Assembly: GCA_964016885.1 (NCBI GenBank)
Contig: OZ024753.1
Coordinates: 31,992,001-32,056,000, forward strand
DNA from: Eledone cirrhosa
Taxonomy: Eukaryota
Reading direction: 5' to 3'
DNA: 64,000 nt
The first letter of the stretch is position 1. The number at the start of each line of letters is the position of its first letter. Both the position numbers and the translations under genes were made by a program. The notes beneath the pieces are model-generated. The model saw nothing but the letters and a program-made list of their open reading frames with translations, was not told the DNA's origin and ran no database searches. This document shows positions 52,994 to 64,000 of the stretch, piece after piece.

Positions 52994-55900
52994 CTGAAAT
53001 AAAAGAAGATAAATACGGGAATAAGTTGATAGCAGAAACAAAGATACAGAAACAACAAACTCAGAAATATATAGCTCACGTCTATGTAAATCAAGTTTAT
53101 TTCCTACAATTTTCCATCGTAGGAGATCTCATTGTTTTAAGGATAGCGGCCCGAATCCTGTCATGAAAAGTGTCGTGAAATGAGCATGCCACACTGAAAA
53201 ACATAACGCACCACAATAATTACAACATAAACACCGTTTTAGGAACGAAAAGCAGTCTACTATGTTAGGATTTGAACTCACGACTGAAAAACTGAATACT
53301 GGAAGACAATTTATAAAGTACTATTTCAAGGCTACCATTCACCACTATTTTGACATTTACGCATTAAATATTTAGCAATGAACCATTTTATTGATTCAAT
53401 AGAAGACCCGAACCTGTCAGTAGAACATATCTTTATTATAGCCTTTCCAGCACATCTTTATTATAGTCTTTCCAGCACATCTTTATAGCGTATCTTATAG
53501 GTCTTTATATACAGCGTAACAGCGTATCATTACTGAGTATCATTATAATATATTTTTTATAGCATATCTTTACACGTATTTAATAGCCTATATTTATAGA
53601 TTTGATAGAGTATCTTTATAGAGTAACTTCTCTATATCTTCCAATTACTGCGTATTATCTTTCTCCTAAATGATTAAAGAAATATATAGTTGCTTTTCAT
53701 TCTTTCATTTATTTTGAAAAATATCATTAAGTCTAAACTATTGTTTTTGACATAAAACAACAACAAAAACAGCAAGAACAGCAGTAAATTATTATTATTA
53801 TTATTATTATTATTAATAAAAACAACAACGCTTGCAAAATTAATTAATCTTACTTTTCCAACATACAACTCTTTAATTATATTGTCCAGATTTCATGTTC
53901 TTTGCCATTCATTTTCAATGGCGGTCGTTTAAAATGAAAGGCCTATTATTATGCAACGTATATTGATAATAGAGGTTTTTTTCTCTCTATTGTACTGTAT
54001 TTTCAAGATGTTATTTAAAGTAATGTTGAAAATACTATTTGGTATGAAGACAATAGCGCGAAAGTGTAAGGTCGCTCGAGTATTTATTATGAATATAGGA
54101 TAGAGTTGTCAGTTTAGGTTATAACAAGGAGAGCGATAAACAGTAACAAATTAATAAAAAAAAACAGCCCAAACTAAAACAAACGCTACCAAAACAAATT
54201 GTTTACGATCTGCTTGACAAATGTCATGTTTGAAATGATAGGTTCTCATTAAAACCGGTATTAAAATGACATCTCTCCACCTCATCTCTTTTGTTGCCTA
54301 AACAACTAAAATCGCCAATGGTTTTAGGATATAAAGCTGTTTATATTAACGCATTTATGTTCATATAAAAACCCTCACATCATAATTTTATGGAAGAAGC
54401 TTTGTTAATAATGTGAAAATTATATTACTAAATCCGTCTAAATTCACGATTATTTTCAAAATTATTTTAAAATCATTGTCAGTGGTTTTCATTAGAAATG
54501 TGTTAATGAAAGGGTTAAAGGTGAAATAAAGCAAAGTGTAAAACAAGGTTAAGATACAAACAAAACAAACAAAACACAGCCAGAAATACAAATACACACA
54601 CAATAACGTGTGATAATTTACGCAAGTATGTATATGTTTGCGTGTCTCTGCTTGCGCGCGCATTCATCTCACCATATTACAGATTTGCCAAAAGCTACAC
54701 TGAATCTTCAATCGTTTCTGTACAGTATTGTAAACTGGAATCTCATTATTGTCCAACGTGTATAAAGACAGCGGGATGTACTTCCGGCTGGTCTACTGTT
54801 GATTGCCACCATTATCACTACCTCCTCCTTCTCTAACTATATATAATTATATATTATATATGAACATTAGAATATTATACATAAACACTAGAATCTGTTA
54901 TTCAAATAACTCTTCTCTTTTACACCTTTCACTTTTTGCTACATAATTGTTTCTTATATAGGCACAATGCCAACAATGTTGAGAGAGGGGAAAGTCGATT
55001 AAATAGACCCCAGTGCGCCACTTTATATAATCGAGCAAAAAGTGAAAGGTGTAAAAGAGAAGAGTTATTTGAACAGATTCTAGTGTAGTTGTTTACATAT
55101 AATATATAATTATATATAACTCTTCTCTTTTACACCTTTCACTTTTTGTTACATAATGACTTTGACATTGGTTCAAAGGCCACAGATTAACGAGTGGGAG
55201 GGGATTAATTACTTGAATCAATAACGCCAGTCCTGACTGGTAGAAGTTTTAACGAGGATCAAGGTCACAATGCACAGACAGGTCAAGGAATCAAATCTAT
55301 GACGTTGATAAGATGTTGCATTTCATGTTGCCTCAGTCCGTTCATATGAAAAAAGGAGTACCAGCAAGAACCGTAGGGAAGGGTGTTCTAAATCATACAA
55401 CGGGACAGTGTCCCGGGTTTTCCTGATAGAACTGAGGACCCCATAATTAAAACTCTCGGGAAAACTATGTGATGCTACACCGTAGCATGCCAACTAAACC
55501 CATACAGGGTGGTGGTGGGTGGTGGGAGATTTAACAATAACGTATTTATCAGACACCAATTGTTCTTCTACAAAACTACGGTCAACTAGGGTTACTGAGT
55601 CTGTCTGTTGACATTTAATACTTATATGCAATCGTTCATTCAATGTAGAAGATAATTGACTTTGTGTCTTGTGAAGAACAACTTTGTCTCTTTAAAGTGT
55701 TGGTACTATTCAATAACAGAGAATAATCGATTAGTTCGGAATATAATCAGGTAAAATGCAATTTCCAATTTTAAAGTTTAAAGTTTAAAATTCAAAGTTC
55801 AAGTACTTTTGACAGGGTGGTCTCTTAAATGCCTGTTGAGATTTTTGAACGTTCAGGATAGATTGATATTTTTTAATAGAATTATCAATTGGTATTTAGC

Positions 55901-56245
55901 GAGACAAATAGAGAAGGAATAAAATATTGACAGCATTGGTTCGCCATAGGCCAACAATTATTGAACACAGCAACAGTTAGTATTTCAACAATTGAGTCTT
56001 TATTGGTTTGGTAAAAGACCACACAAACACACACAAATATATATATATATATATATATTGTTACTTGTACTTTAATTTTCGTCTTTCTATTCTTTCTTGT
56101 TAATTGCAATATTTTTACACATAATTAATTACAAAATTAAGAATTGTTAATATTGACCAATTAACAACTATCCACTAATGTGACAATAGAAATAATCTCA
56201 CCTTTAGTTTTAGTGTAAAGCATGTGTGTGTGGAAGGATATTGAA

Positions 56246-56880
56246 ATAATTGTTTCTGCTTTTAGCACAAGGCAAGCCATCTAACATGGAGAGGGAAGTC
56301 GATTAAATCGACTCCAATACTTGACTGATTCTTTTATGTCGACTCCATGACGAAAGACAGAGCTAACCTCGGTGTGATTTCAACTCAAAACGTAAAGGTT
56401 CCGTAACTAAATGCTGCTGAGCAATTTGTCCGACGCTCTAACGATTCTGCCAATTCATGCTCAGGGAACATTGAAATAATAGTTTCTGATATAGACACAA
56501 GGCCAAAAATGTTTTGGTGGATGGAAAAGTACGTTACTGCTACTTCATTTTATCGACCCTATAAGGATGAAAGGTAAAGCTCATATCGGTGGGATTTAAG
56601 CTCAGATCGTAAAACGCCGTAATAAAATGCTGTAAAGCATTTTGTCCGACGCTCTAACGATTCTGCCAATCCATGCCCTGAAAATATTGAAATAATTGGT
56701 TCTACTTTTGGCACAAGGCCAGCAATTATCCGAGAGTTTTACTGGTACTTTATTTTATCGATCCCGTAAGAATGAAAGGCAAAGTTAACCTCGGCGGGAT
56801 TTGAACTCAGAATGGCAAGGGCCGTAACTCTTTGCTGCAAAGCATGGCGTCCGACCCTCTACCGATACCGCCAATCCACG
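56246..56880 (-). mobile_element. Three tandem Nin-domain SINEs
   Basis: Three bodies, each preceded on + by ATTGAAATAAT. Confidence 0.85.
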
Positions 56881-57334
56881 AAATAATAATGATTTATTAG
56901 TTATAATTTGGGCAAAATTCTTAATAACACAGTATAGTTGAAAGGAGAAATACAGGACTATGGCAAATATTGAAATGTGAAGTTGGTCAGTTACGACTTA
57001 GGAGAAAAAAATAAGAAAATACTCTACATATTCTAAAATAATAACTGACCTAATTTAAGCTGAAAATATCTATTATTAAATGAAGTAACATTATATTATA
57101 CATTTTAAGGATATTAAATGTTGTTAATAAAAATAGTGTTAATGGCTGGCAGCAGATTTAGGATATAAATGTCTCTGGAGAAATGAAGTAGATTTTATTA
57201 CAGCTTTTAGATAATGAAATGCAGTTAATCATCATCACTAGGGTATCTCGTTGTTGAGATTTTGATTTTATTGGATTATTTATCGATGTGATGTAAAATG
57301 GCTGGTTGTCTAAGCCTATTTTTGACCTAACACG

Positions 57335-57490
57335 AACCCTGGCGACGAAGACACAAGTATTAGAGTGTGAGCCAGGTTTAAGTGTTGTCACCTTCCTTTC
57401 CTCGCTGTCGACTTCTCCGTTCTTCAGATTCCACTTTATGGTTACTTTCATAGAAGTCACGACCTCTTTTTCTAAACGCACACTTGCCAA
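57335..57490 (+). mobile_element. Old, highly diverged Tx1 ORF2 3' fragment
   Basis: GLSVVTFLSSLSTSPFFRFHF aligns to GLRSDTFLSGQQLVRFFRYHF. Confidence 0.45.
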
Positions 57491-57626
57491 GAATTGCGCT
57501 GATAGCGATGACAACGATGACATGGATGATGTCATGGATGATGACGATGACGGCGATGATCAAGATGATGTTGACAACATTGATCGATGATGATGAAAGT
57601 AATAATGATGACGATGATCATGACGA

Positions 57627-57830
57627 TAATAATTTTTTCATTTTGGCACGAGACCAGCAAATGTTTTGAATGGGGAGAGATATATCGATTATACCGACCC
57701 AGTACATTACTGTTACTTTATTTATTGACCCTCAAAAGGATGAAAGGTAAATTTGACCTCGGTGGGATTTGAAACCAGAACGTAAAGGAATATTGCAAAG
57801 CATGTAAACCAACTTACTAAGGGTTCTGCC
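57627..57830 (-). mobile_element. Diverged Nin-domain SINE
   Basis: AAGGATGAAAGGTAAATTTGACCTCGGTGGGATTTGAA. Confidence 0.75.
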
Positions 57831-58497
57831 TATAATGGTGATGATAATTATCTAGTACTCATTCCTCACTGGCGTCGTTTAGTTCTTATTGTTTTATTGT
57901 CGTTGTTGTTATTTAACCCTAGGCTAGTCTCTCCTAATCAAGCTGCCTTGTGATAAAAAAAACCTTCATGTTCCAGGTATTACTATTTCATAGATTTAGC
58001 TAAAAATATATAATAAATCAAGGCCCACTTTATCCAATGTCCTTCATTTATGAATTATCTTTCATTTGTAAAATATAGTAGGATGTGATTTGGGAGCGAC
58101 TTTAGCTGCTATCTCAAGCAGGTCAAGCCACCGCATAGCGAATTAAAGACTTTCTTTCTTCATAAAAAAATAATAACTAAAACTATAAAGAACATCAGCT
58201 ATAAAATTATATATAGGATTTTTTTTTGTTCTTTCTATTTTAATAATGGCTTACACTTTGCTGTGATTTTACATTTAACTCTGTCATAAATATATCAATC
58301 AAATAATCTGTTTTTATGTCATCCACTACTTAACAGTAGTCTAATAAATTGTACATCATAGAAACATCTGACAAAATCTTGATTGTATATACTTAGAATT
58401 CTCCCCCCACCTCTCTGTATCTCATATATCTATATATATATATATACACACATACAAAGTTCAAACGACCAAAACCCAGAGAGAAATCGATAAATGT

Positions 58498-58535
<38 letters not shown>

Positions 58536-58562
58536 CCCTCCAAACAAACAGACAGACACACG

Positions 58563-58645
<83 letters not shown>

Positions 58646-58649
<4 letters not shown>

Positions 58650-58850
58650 AGGAGGTGAGTTTTATTGTAGTACAATAAAGCAATGCAGATATCGGATAAG
58701 AAGCACTCTACAGTTCTGTAGGACTGGAGTATACATAATATATAAGATCAAAAAATGGTTAAAAGAGTTCCATGTATTTTTTTTTGAAATGCGCATAATA
58801 AAATACATGGAACTCTTTTAACCATCTTTTGATCTTATATATTATGTATA
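58646..58850. mobile_element. Shorter foldback copy of the 32039-32434 family
   Basis: Same lead sequence and terminus; only the GAAATGCGCATA half of the hammerhead is retained. Confidence 0.8.
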
Positions 58851-61504
58851 TATATATATACGTTATTCCGGGTTGAATCTCATCTATATTATAACTTATA
58901 TATATACCAAGGTGTCGTTTATTTAAATGAACTTTCATTGGGTCCCCAGACATTTAGAAATATCTGCCTACAGGGTTTGCGGATGCAGGATGGTAACCGT
59001 TACGCTAGAATAATGATTTCAACGAAATATGGCTGCTATATCTAATACATTGACCAACTACGCTGAAAGTACGTATATATGGATTTACAGATATAAATTT
59101 CGATAAAGTTAGTTATTCAGTTCTAAAGAGTTGCTTGTTTACCATTTCAAATCCTCTTCTGTTTTGACTAGCAGCTAATTCATTTTGAAATATTGACAGC
59201 TATTATTTTATGATACAAAACAATTCTAATATGTCTCAGATTTAGATTTTTTCAGGTCTCCATTCATACTCATCCTCTAAGGCTATTGAAATATTTATCG
59301 TAACTTTTGCCGTTATTCTTTTCTAAACAACAACAAAAAAATATTCTTTCAAGGAAAAAAAAATATAATATTTTTGTTACCCACCCCCTCTCAATTGAGA
59401 ATTTTTACTTCAAGATAGATGCCACGTGGTGAAACATAATGTAGAATGTTTTTTTTTCTCTTCAACTGCCTTTTTGCTCATCTATCAGATTTCGATATCT
59501 TCGTCATGTTTTGTGTTCTGGCGCCAAACACCACGCCTGACGCTCGCAGGCTTAAGACACTGATAAAGATGGAGATCAATGTGTGTGTTGAGAATTATAT
59601 TTTACACTAAACATTATTTATTTATTGATAAATTTATTTATTTTAACTTAATTCAATTTGAATTAGTTGGATTTTATTCTTGCCGAGAGTTGCATTTTTT
59701 AATTATAGCTATGTTTCATATTTCGTAGTAATATGGCGATTTATCTTGGTTTTTAATCAAATAGAATTGTGAGAATCGAATTTTCAAACAGATATCTGGT
59801 TTCAAACGTATGATGGAATCTAGTAAGAGGGGAGAATTCCAAAAGCACCGAGAGAAAGAGAGAGGTGGCGGTTGCCGGAAGCTTCATTAATAAGCGAGGT
59901 CAGTAATGTTAAATTTTATCAGCAATGAGATGAACTACTGGCAAACAATGTGTGACATACTCTATGTAGTCACTCGACTTTCTAAGGTTTAGATGGAGAA
60001 GTTTAGATGCTATAAACTGAAAAGTAAGGCAACACCGTAACCTTCGTACCCATCATTTCCACCACTGTTCGTATGTTTACTTACAACGCATTGCACGGTC
60101 CAGAAATCGACTTCACAACGTTACGATCATGAACCAAGCGCTTTTACTTCACACAATAATTATATAAATAAACACCACAACAAGATAACGACTATATTTC
60201 TTCTTGCAAAGGACTTTCTATTGCTAATTTCTGAAAATAAAAACCCTTTCATTGTAAAATTCTGGTACAAAAAGACCATATTCAAAGTTTGGGACTTTCG
60301 GCTGTTTATTGCAGTGGTTTATATATATATATCGAATGTTTGAGATATATTAAGTTCTACACTATAAGACTACTACTAACATGTATAATACCAGTAACTT
60401 TCTCCAATTGATCTCTATTTTGGTTGTTGAGAACGGCGTCACCGTACCCATGCCCTCTAGTTAAATATGTATCGAGCAGTAAAGCCTGTCTGAATCATAT
60501 ATGTATCGTAATCACAAACGGCGCTTTAAACCTGACGGAACTCATCCCTGTCAATGTCTGAACAAAGCCGATTTCTTCAAGAGATAATGTGATATAGAAG
60601 AAGTCAGGAGAAGTGAGAAAGAGAGAGAGAGAGAGAGCAAGAACAGACCATTTGTTATATATTATCATATTATTGTATTAAACTTGAATTGATTCATTAT
60701 TTTTATTGGTCAATTTGCTAGAAATGTACACTAAGAAATATTCTTGCTATATTTAACGAGCTATTTATTTCTCTCAACACAATCACACACACACACACAC
60801 ACACACACAGACAGACATATATACATATATACATATATATACACATACTTATACACATTTACTCATACATATACACACACATATATATTATCGATGTGTA
60901 TGTATGTGTGTGTGTGTGTGCGCGCGTATGTGGATGTGTGAGTGCGTATGAAGGAAGATCTAAACGTGTTTATTCAACAACAGAACAATTAAATAGCATG
61001 GATTAGAATAGAATTTACAGCTCAGCTACAGAAGAACTGAACAGAAGCAAGAAAAATGTACATAAGAACTGAAATCTTTATGGAGATTTTATAGACAGCG
61101 AGTCGCACGTCTTTCCAATGTTTCGTTCTGAACGGGTAATAACATTCCATTCCATGAGTGAAATGTTGTTTATAGAAGCTGTATTGTTTTTCTATATTGA
61201 TTGTTGTAGGGTTTTCTATCGTATTATAGTTGAAATGTGAATAAGTGGTTAAACAAATTAAATCAAAATAGTTGTGCCGCTTTTGTGTTTAAAAGTGATA
61301 TAATTTATTTATCCCTTTCGTTTCACGTCTAGAAGATACTGATGTCGTTTGAAATACATCTGCTTCAAGACACGTGTGTGTATGTATATCTATCTATCTC
61401 TCTCTATATATATACACGAATACATAATGTATAATGTAGGATGTATATACATATATATATATGTGTTGGATCAATAACAGTCTTATTTACGTATATATAT
61501 ATAT

Positions 61505-61710
61505 ATATAATAAATGTAATCTGAGTTTTTCGAATATTAATAATAAGATTCGATTCGTTTGCAATTATGCAAACAAGCCTCATTTCTAAAGCCATGTCAG
61601 TAGAATGAACCCTTCATTCTACTGACATGGCGTTAAAAATGAGGCTTGTTTGCATAATTCCGAACGAATCGAATCTAATAAACGAAAAACTCAGATTACA
61701 TTTATTGTAT
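61505..61710. repeat. ~100-bp-arm inverted repeat with 3-nt loop
   Basis: Centre GTCAGTAGAATGAA-CCC-TTCATTCTACTGAC. Confidence 0.9.
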
Positions 61711-61744
61711 TCAGCCATGTAGAACATTTTATAATAATAATAAT

Positions 61745-61816
<72 letters not shown>

Positions 61817-62447
61817 CTGATTGTTTTTAATTTTCATGAGTGAATGCTCACATCAACCATCAGCGGTAAATCTGGAAAGCATCTTAATTCTAAAAGCCCT
61901 GAAAATATTTTGGTAAATTTCTCTTTCTTTTCAGAAGAAAAAGAACAAGAGAGAGAGAAAAAAAAAAGATCTTTGATTTCTCAGGAGGAAACCTTTGAGA
62001 TAAACTTCAGGATATGGACTGGAATTGGCCCCAGGAAAAATAAAAAAAGAGTGTGTTGTTGTCAAATAGTTATAGAAATAAACGGGACATATCTATATAT
62101 AAAAAAAATAAATAGTATTCACAAGTGTGCCGAGGCACAAAAAATTTGGTTTAGATTCACAGTTGTAATAAAATATATATTACCTCACTCAGGTTTTGAC
62201 GTTAGTTTCTGCTTTTCTACATATATACAGACACAGGCAAATACACACAGCTACATACAAACAAATGCACAGACAGAAACACACATATATGACCATTGAG
62301 AATGTTACCAATTAATTTCGATTGTGTGAATTTAGTTTCAGATAGACAGATCGAAGAGGGAAAACACCATACAAAATAAATTACATGTTGACGCCTCGGG
62401 TGTCAATATGAAACAAATTTACATAAATGAAAAAATAAAAATAAAAT

Positions 62448-62494
<47 letters not shown>

Positions 62495-62613
62495 CCACCA
62501 CCTATATATATATATATGCAGAACAAACACAGTTAAATAGAATCTCACGCCTACGCACGGATCTTTTGAACAGCCAGAAAGTTTGGTTAAAATAATGTTA
62601 TATTCTGTTATTA

Positions 62614-62802
62614 TTGGTGGATTGGCAGTATCGGTAGAGGGTCGGACACCATGCTTTCCAGCATAGTTACGTCCCTTTACGATCTGAGTTCAAATCCCGC
62701 CGAGGTTGACTTTGCCTTTCATCCTTACGGGGTCGATAAAATAAAGTACCAGTAATGCACTGGGTAATTGCTGGCCTTGTGCCTAAAGTAGAAACAATTA
62801 TT
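62614..62802 (+). mobile_element. Young Nin-domain SINE
   Basis: Near-identical to the reverse complement of 43293-43473. Confidence 0.9.
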
Positions 62803-63085
62803 TCTAAAAAACGAATTCCCTTAAGTAAACGAAGACTTAATATCTTCGTATTTAAATAACAAGTGAAACACAGAAGAAATACTGCATTGTTGAGGTGAGA
62901 AGATACAGAGTTGTTAATCCTCAGAAATGTGATTTGTAGTTTGTAATAAATGTTTTAAGGCTGTAAGTGCAGAAATAGCTTTATATTAAGATTCCTGCTT
63001 AGGGACCATATTAAGGTGAGGGTGGAACGAACATTGAAAGAAAAATTAATACACGTCTTCTGAAGAATCTTTATACACAAGACAA

Positions 63086-63120
<35 letters not shown>

Positions 63121-63126
<6 letters not shown>

Positions 63127-63416
63127 ATAAAAAACGGAGAATAAGTGTTGCGACGAATAACATTTATCATATTACAATCGTTTCTCTGGCGACCAGCTCA
63201 AGGCACGATCGATGCAATGATCGAACCTGACCCTGAAATCATAAGGTCGTCAGATACGTCTCGATTCTACGAAGCAGAGTTTCCAAATGTACGATTTCAG
63301 AGTCAGGTTCGATCATTGCATCGATCATACTTCGAGCTGGTCGCCAGAGAAACGATTGTAATATGTCTAATACATTTTATTCGTCGCAACACTGATTCTC
63401 CGTTTCTTATGTGATA
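63121..63416. repeat. ~125-bp-arm imperfect inverted repeat
   Basis: TATCACATAA.AAACGGAGAAT.AGTGTTGCGACGAATAA ... TTATTCGTCGCAACACTGATTCTCCGTTTCTTATGTGATA. Confidence 0.9.
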
Positions 63417-63490
63417 TTATACTCTTCTTTGTAAGAGCATCGAGTGCTCAAACGACTTACCGCTTACGGACGCTTTAAGCATCCCACACC

Positions 63491-63547
<57 letters not shown>

Positions 63548-63770
63548 TGTGTGTGTGTAATTACTGACTGATAATTTACAGAAAGTCGGAACATTGTGGT
63601 AGAAATATATAAACGGCAAAAGATGACAAATAAAACAAAACAAAGTAATGCCTTATCCACTCTCTTTTCAAATGTAAAACGAAAACGACTCAAAACAGAA
63701 CGAAAGATATATGCGAGATTTCCAAATATTACACACCAGGTAGTTTATCAATTAGTTGTCGAAATGGCAA

Positions 63771-63968
63771 GAGCTCAACCGTCGGAGCCCGACGGCTGAG
63801 CTCTTATATATTCATTTATATTAAGGTTAAAAAGTGAACCTCTTTACTCTGGAGTTACAAGTTAAACAGACGAAACTCCAGAGTAACAAGACTCACTTTT
63901 TCGCCTTAATATAAATGAATATTAAAACTCTATTTCGGTATTGAGTACTCCTTTCTCTCAGCCGTCAA
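63771..63968. repeat. Short GC hairpin plus foldback, related to 45858-45955
   Basis: GAGCTCAACCGTCGG(agc)CCGACGGCTGAGCTC; arms ATATTCATTTATATTAAGG...CCTTAATATAAATGAATAT. Confidence 0.75.
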
Positions 63969-64000
63969 CCACATGTACATATATATATATCTATCTATCT

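Noticed and set aside
53845-53945. Upstream guanylyl cyclase exon candidate ending in GTAAG
   Set aside because: In-frame stops and no proper acceptor
59479-59510. Minus-strand hammerhead-like ATGACGA-AGATATC-GAAA-TCTGA-TA; similar weak hits at 4422-4455 and 3460-3495
   Set aside because: Core substitutions and no convincing stem I; may be decayed copies but unsupported
62614-62705. tRNA gene
   Set aside because: A and B boxes belong to a SINE head; no cloverleaf

Overview
Eukaryotic, AT-rich and microsatellite-laden DNA, most likely from an octopus (inferred from the tRNA-headed Nin-domain and CORE-type SINE families). I can support only one host exon: a 105-bp minus-strand exon of a receptor guanylyl cyclase kinase-homology domain (52889-52993). 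The rest looks like intron or intergenic repeat. Main content: (1) a head-to-tail array of two full-length Tx1-clade LINEs plus a 3' stub, sitting in (TATC)n microsatellite. Both full-length copies conserve a 67-68 nt GT-AG intron-like segment in the 5' UTR whose acceptor is buried in a long hairpin. In both, ORF1 and ORF2 are in frame and separated by one TAA lying inside a perfect AG|GTAAGT donor. (2) Two 5'-truncated Penelope-like elements with type I hammerhead motifs. (3) Several foldback elements in (TA)n, many pivoting on hammerhead motifs. (4) RTE fragments, many SINEs including tandem arrays, and a Tc1/mariner-type MITE. (5) A 7.2-kb satellite with higher-order periods next to a 200-N gap. 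Most long ORFs in the track are simple-repeat artefacts. Repeat boundaries were read by eye and are approximate.
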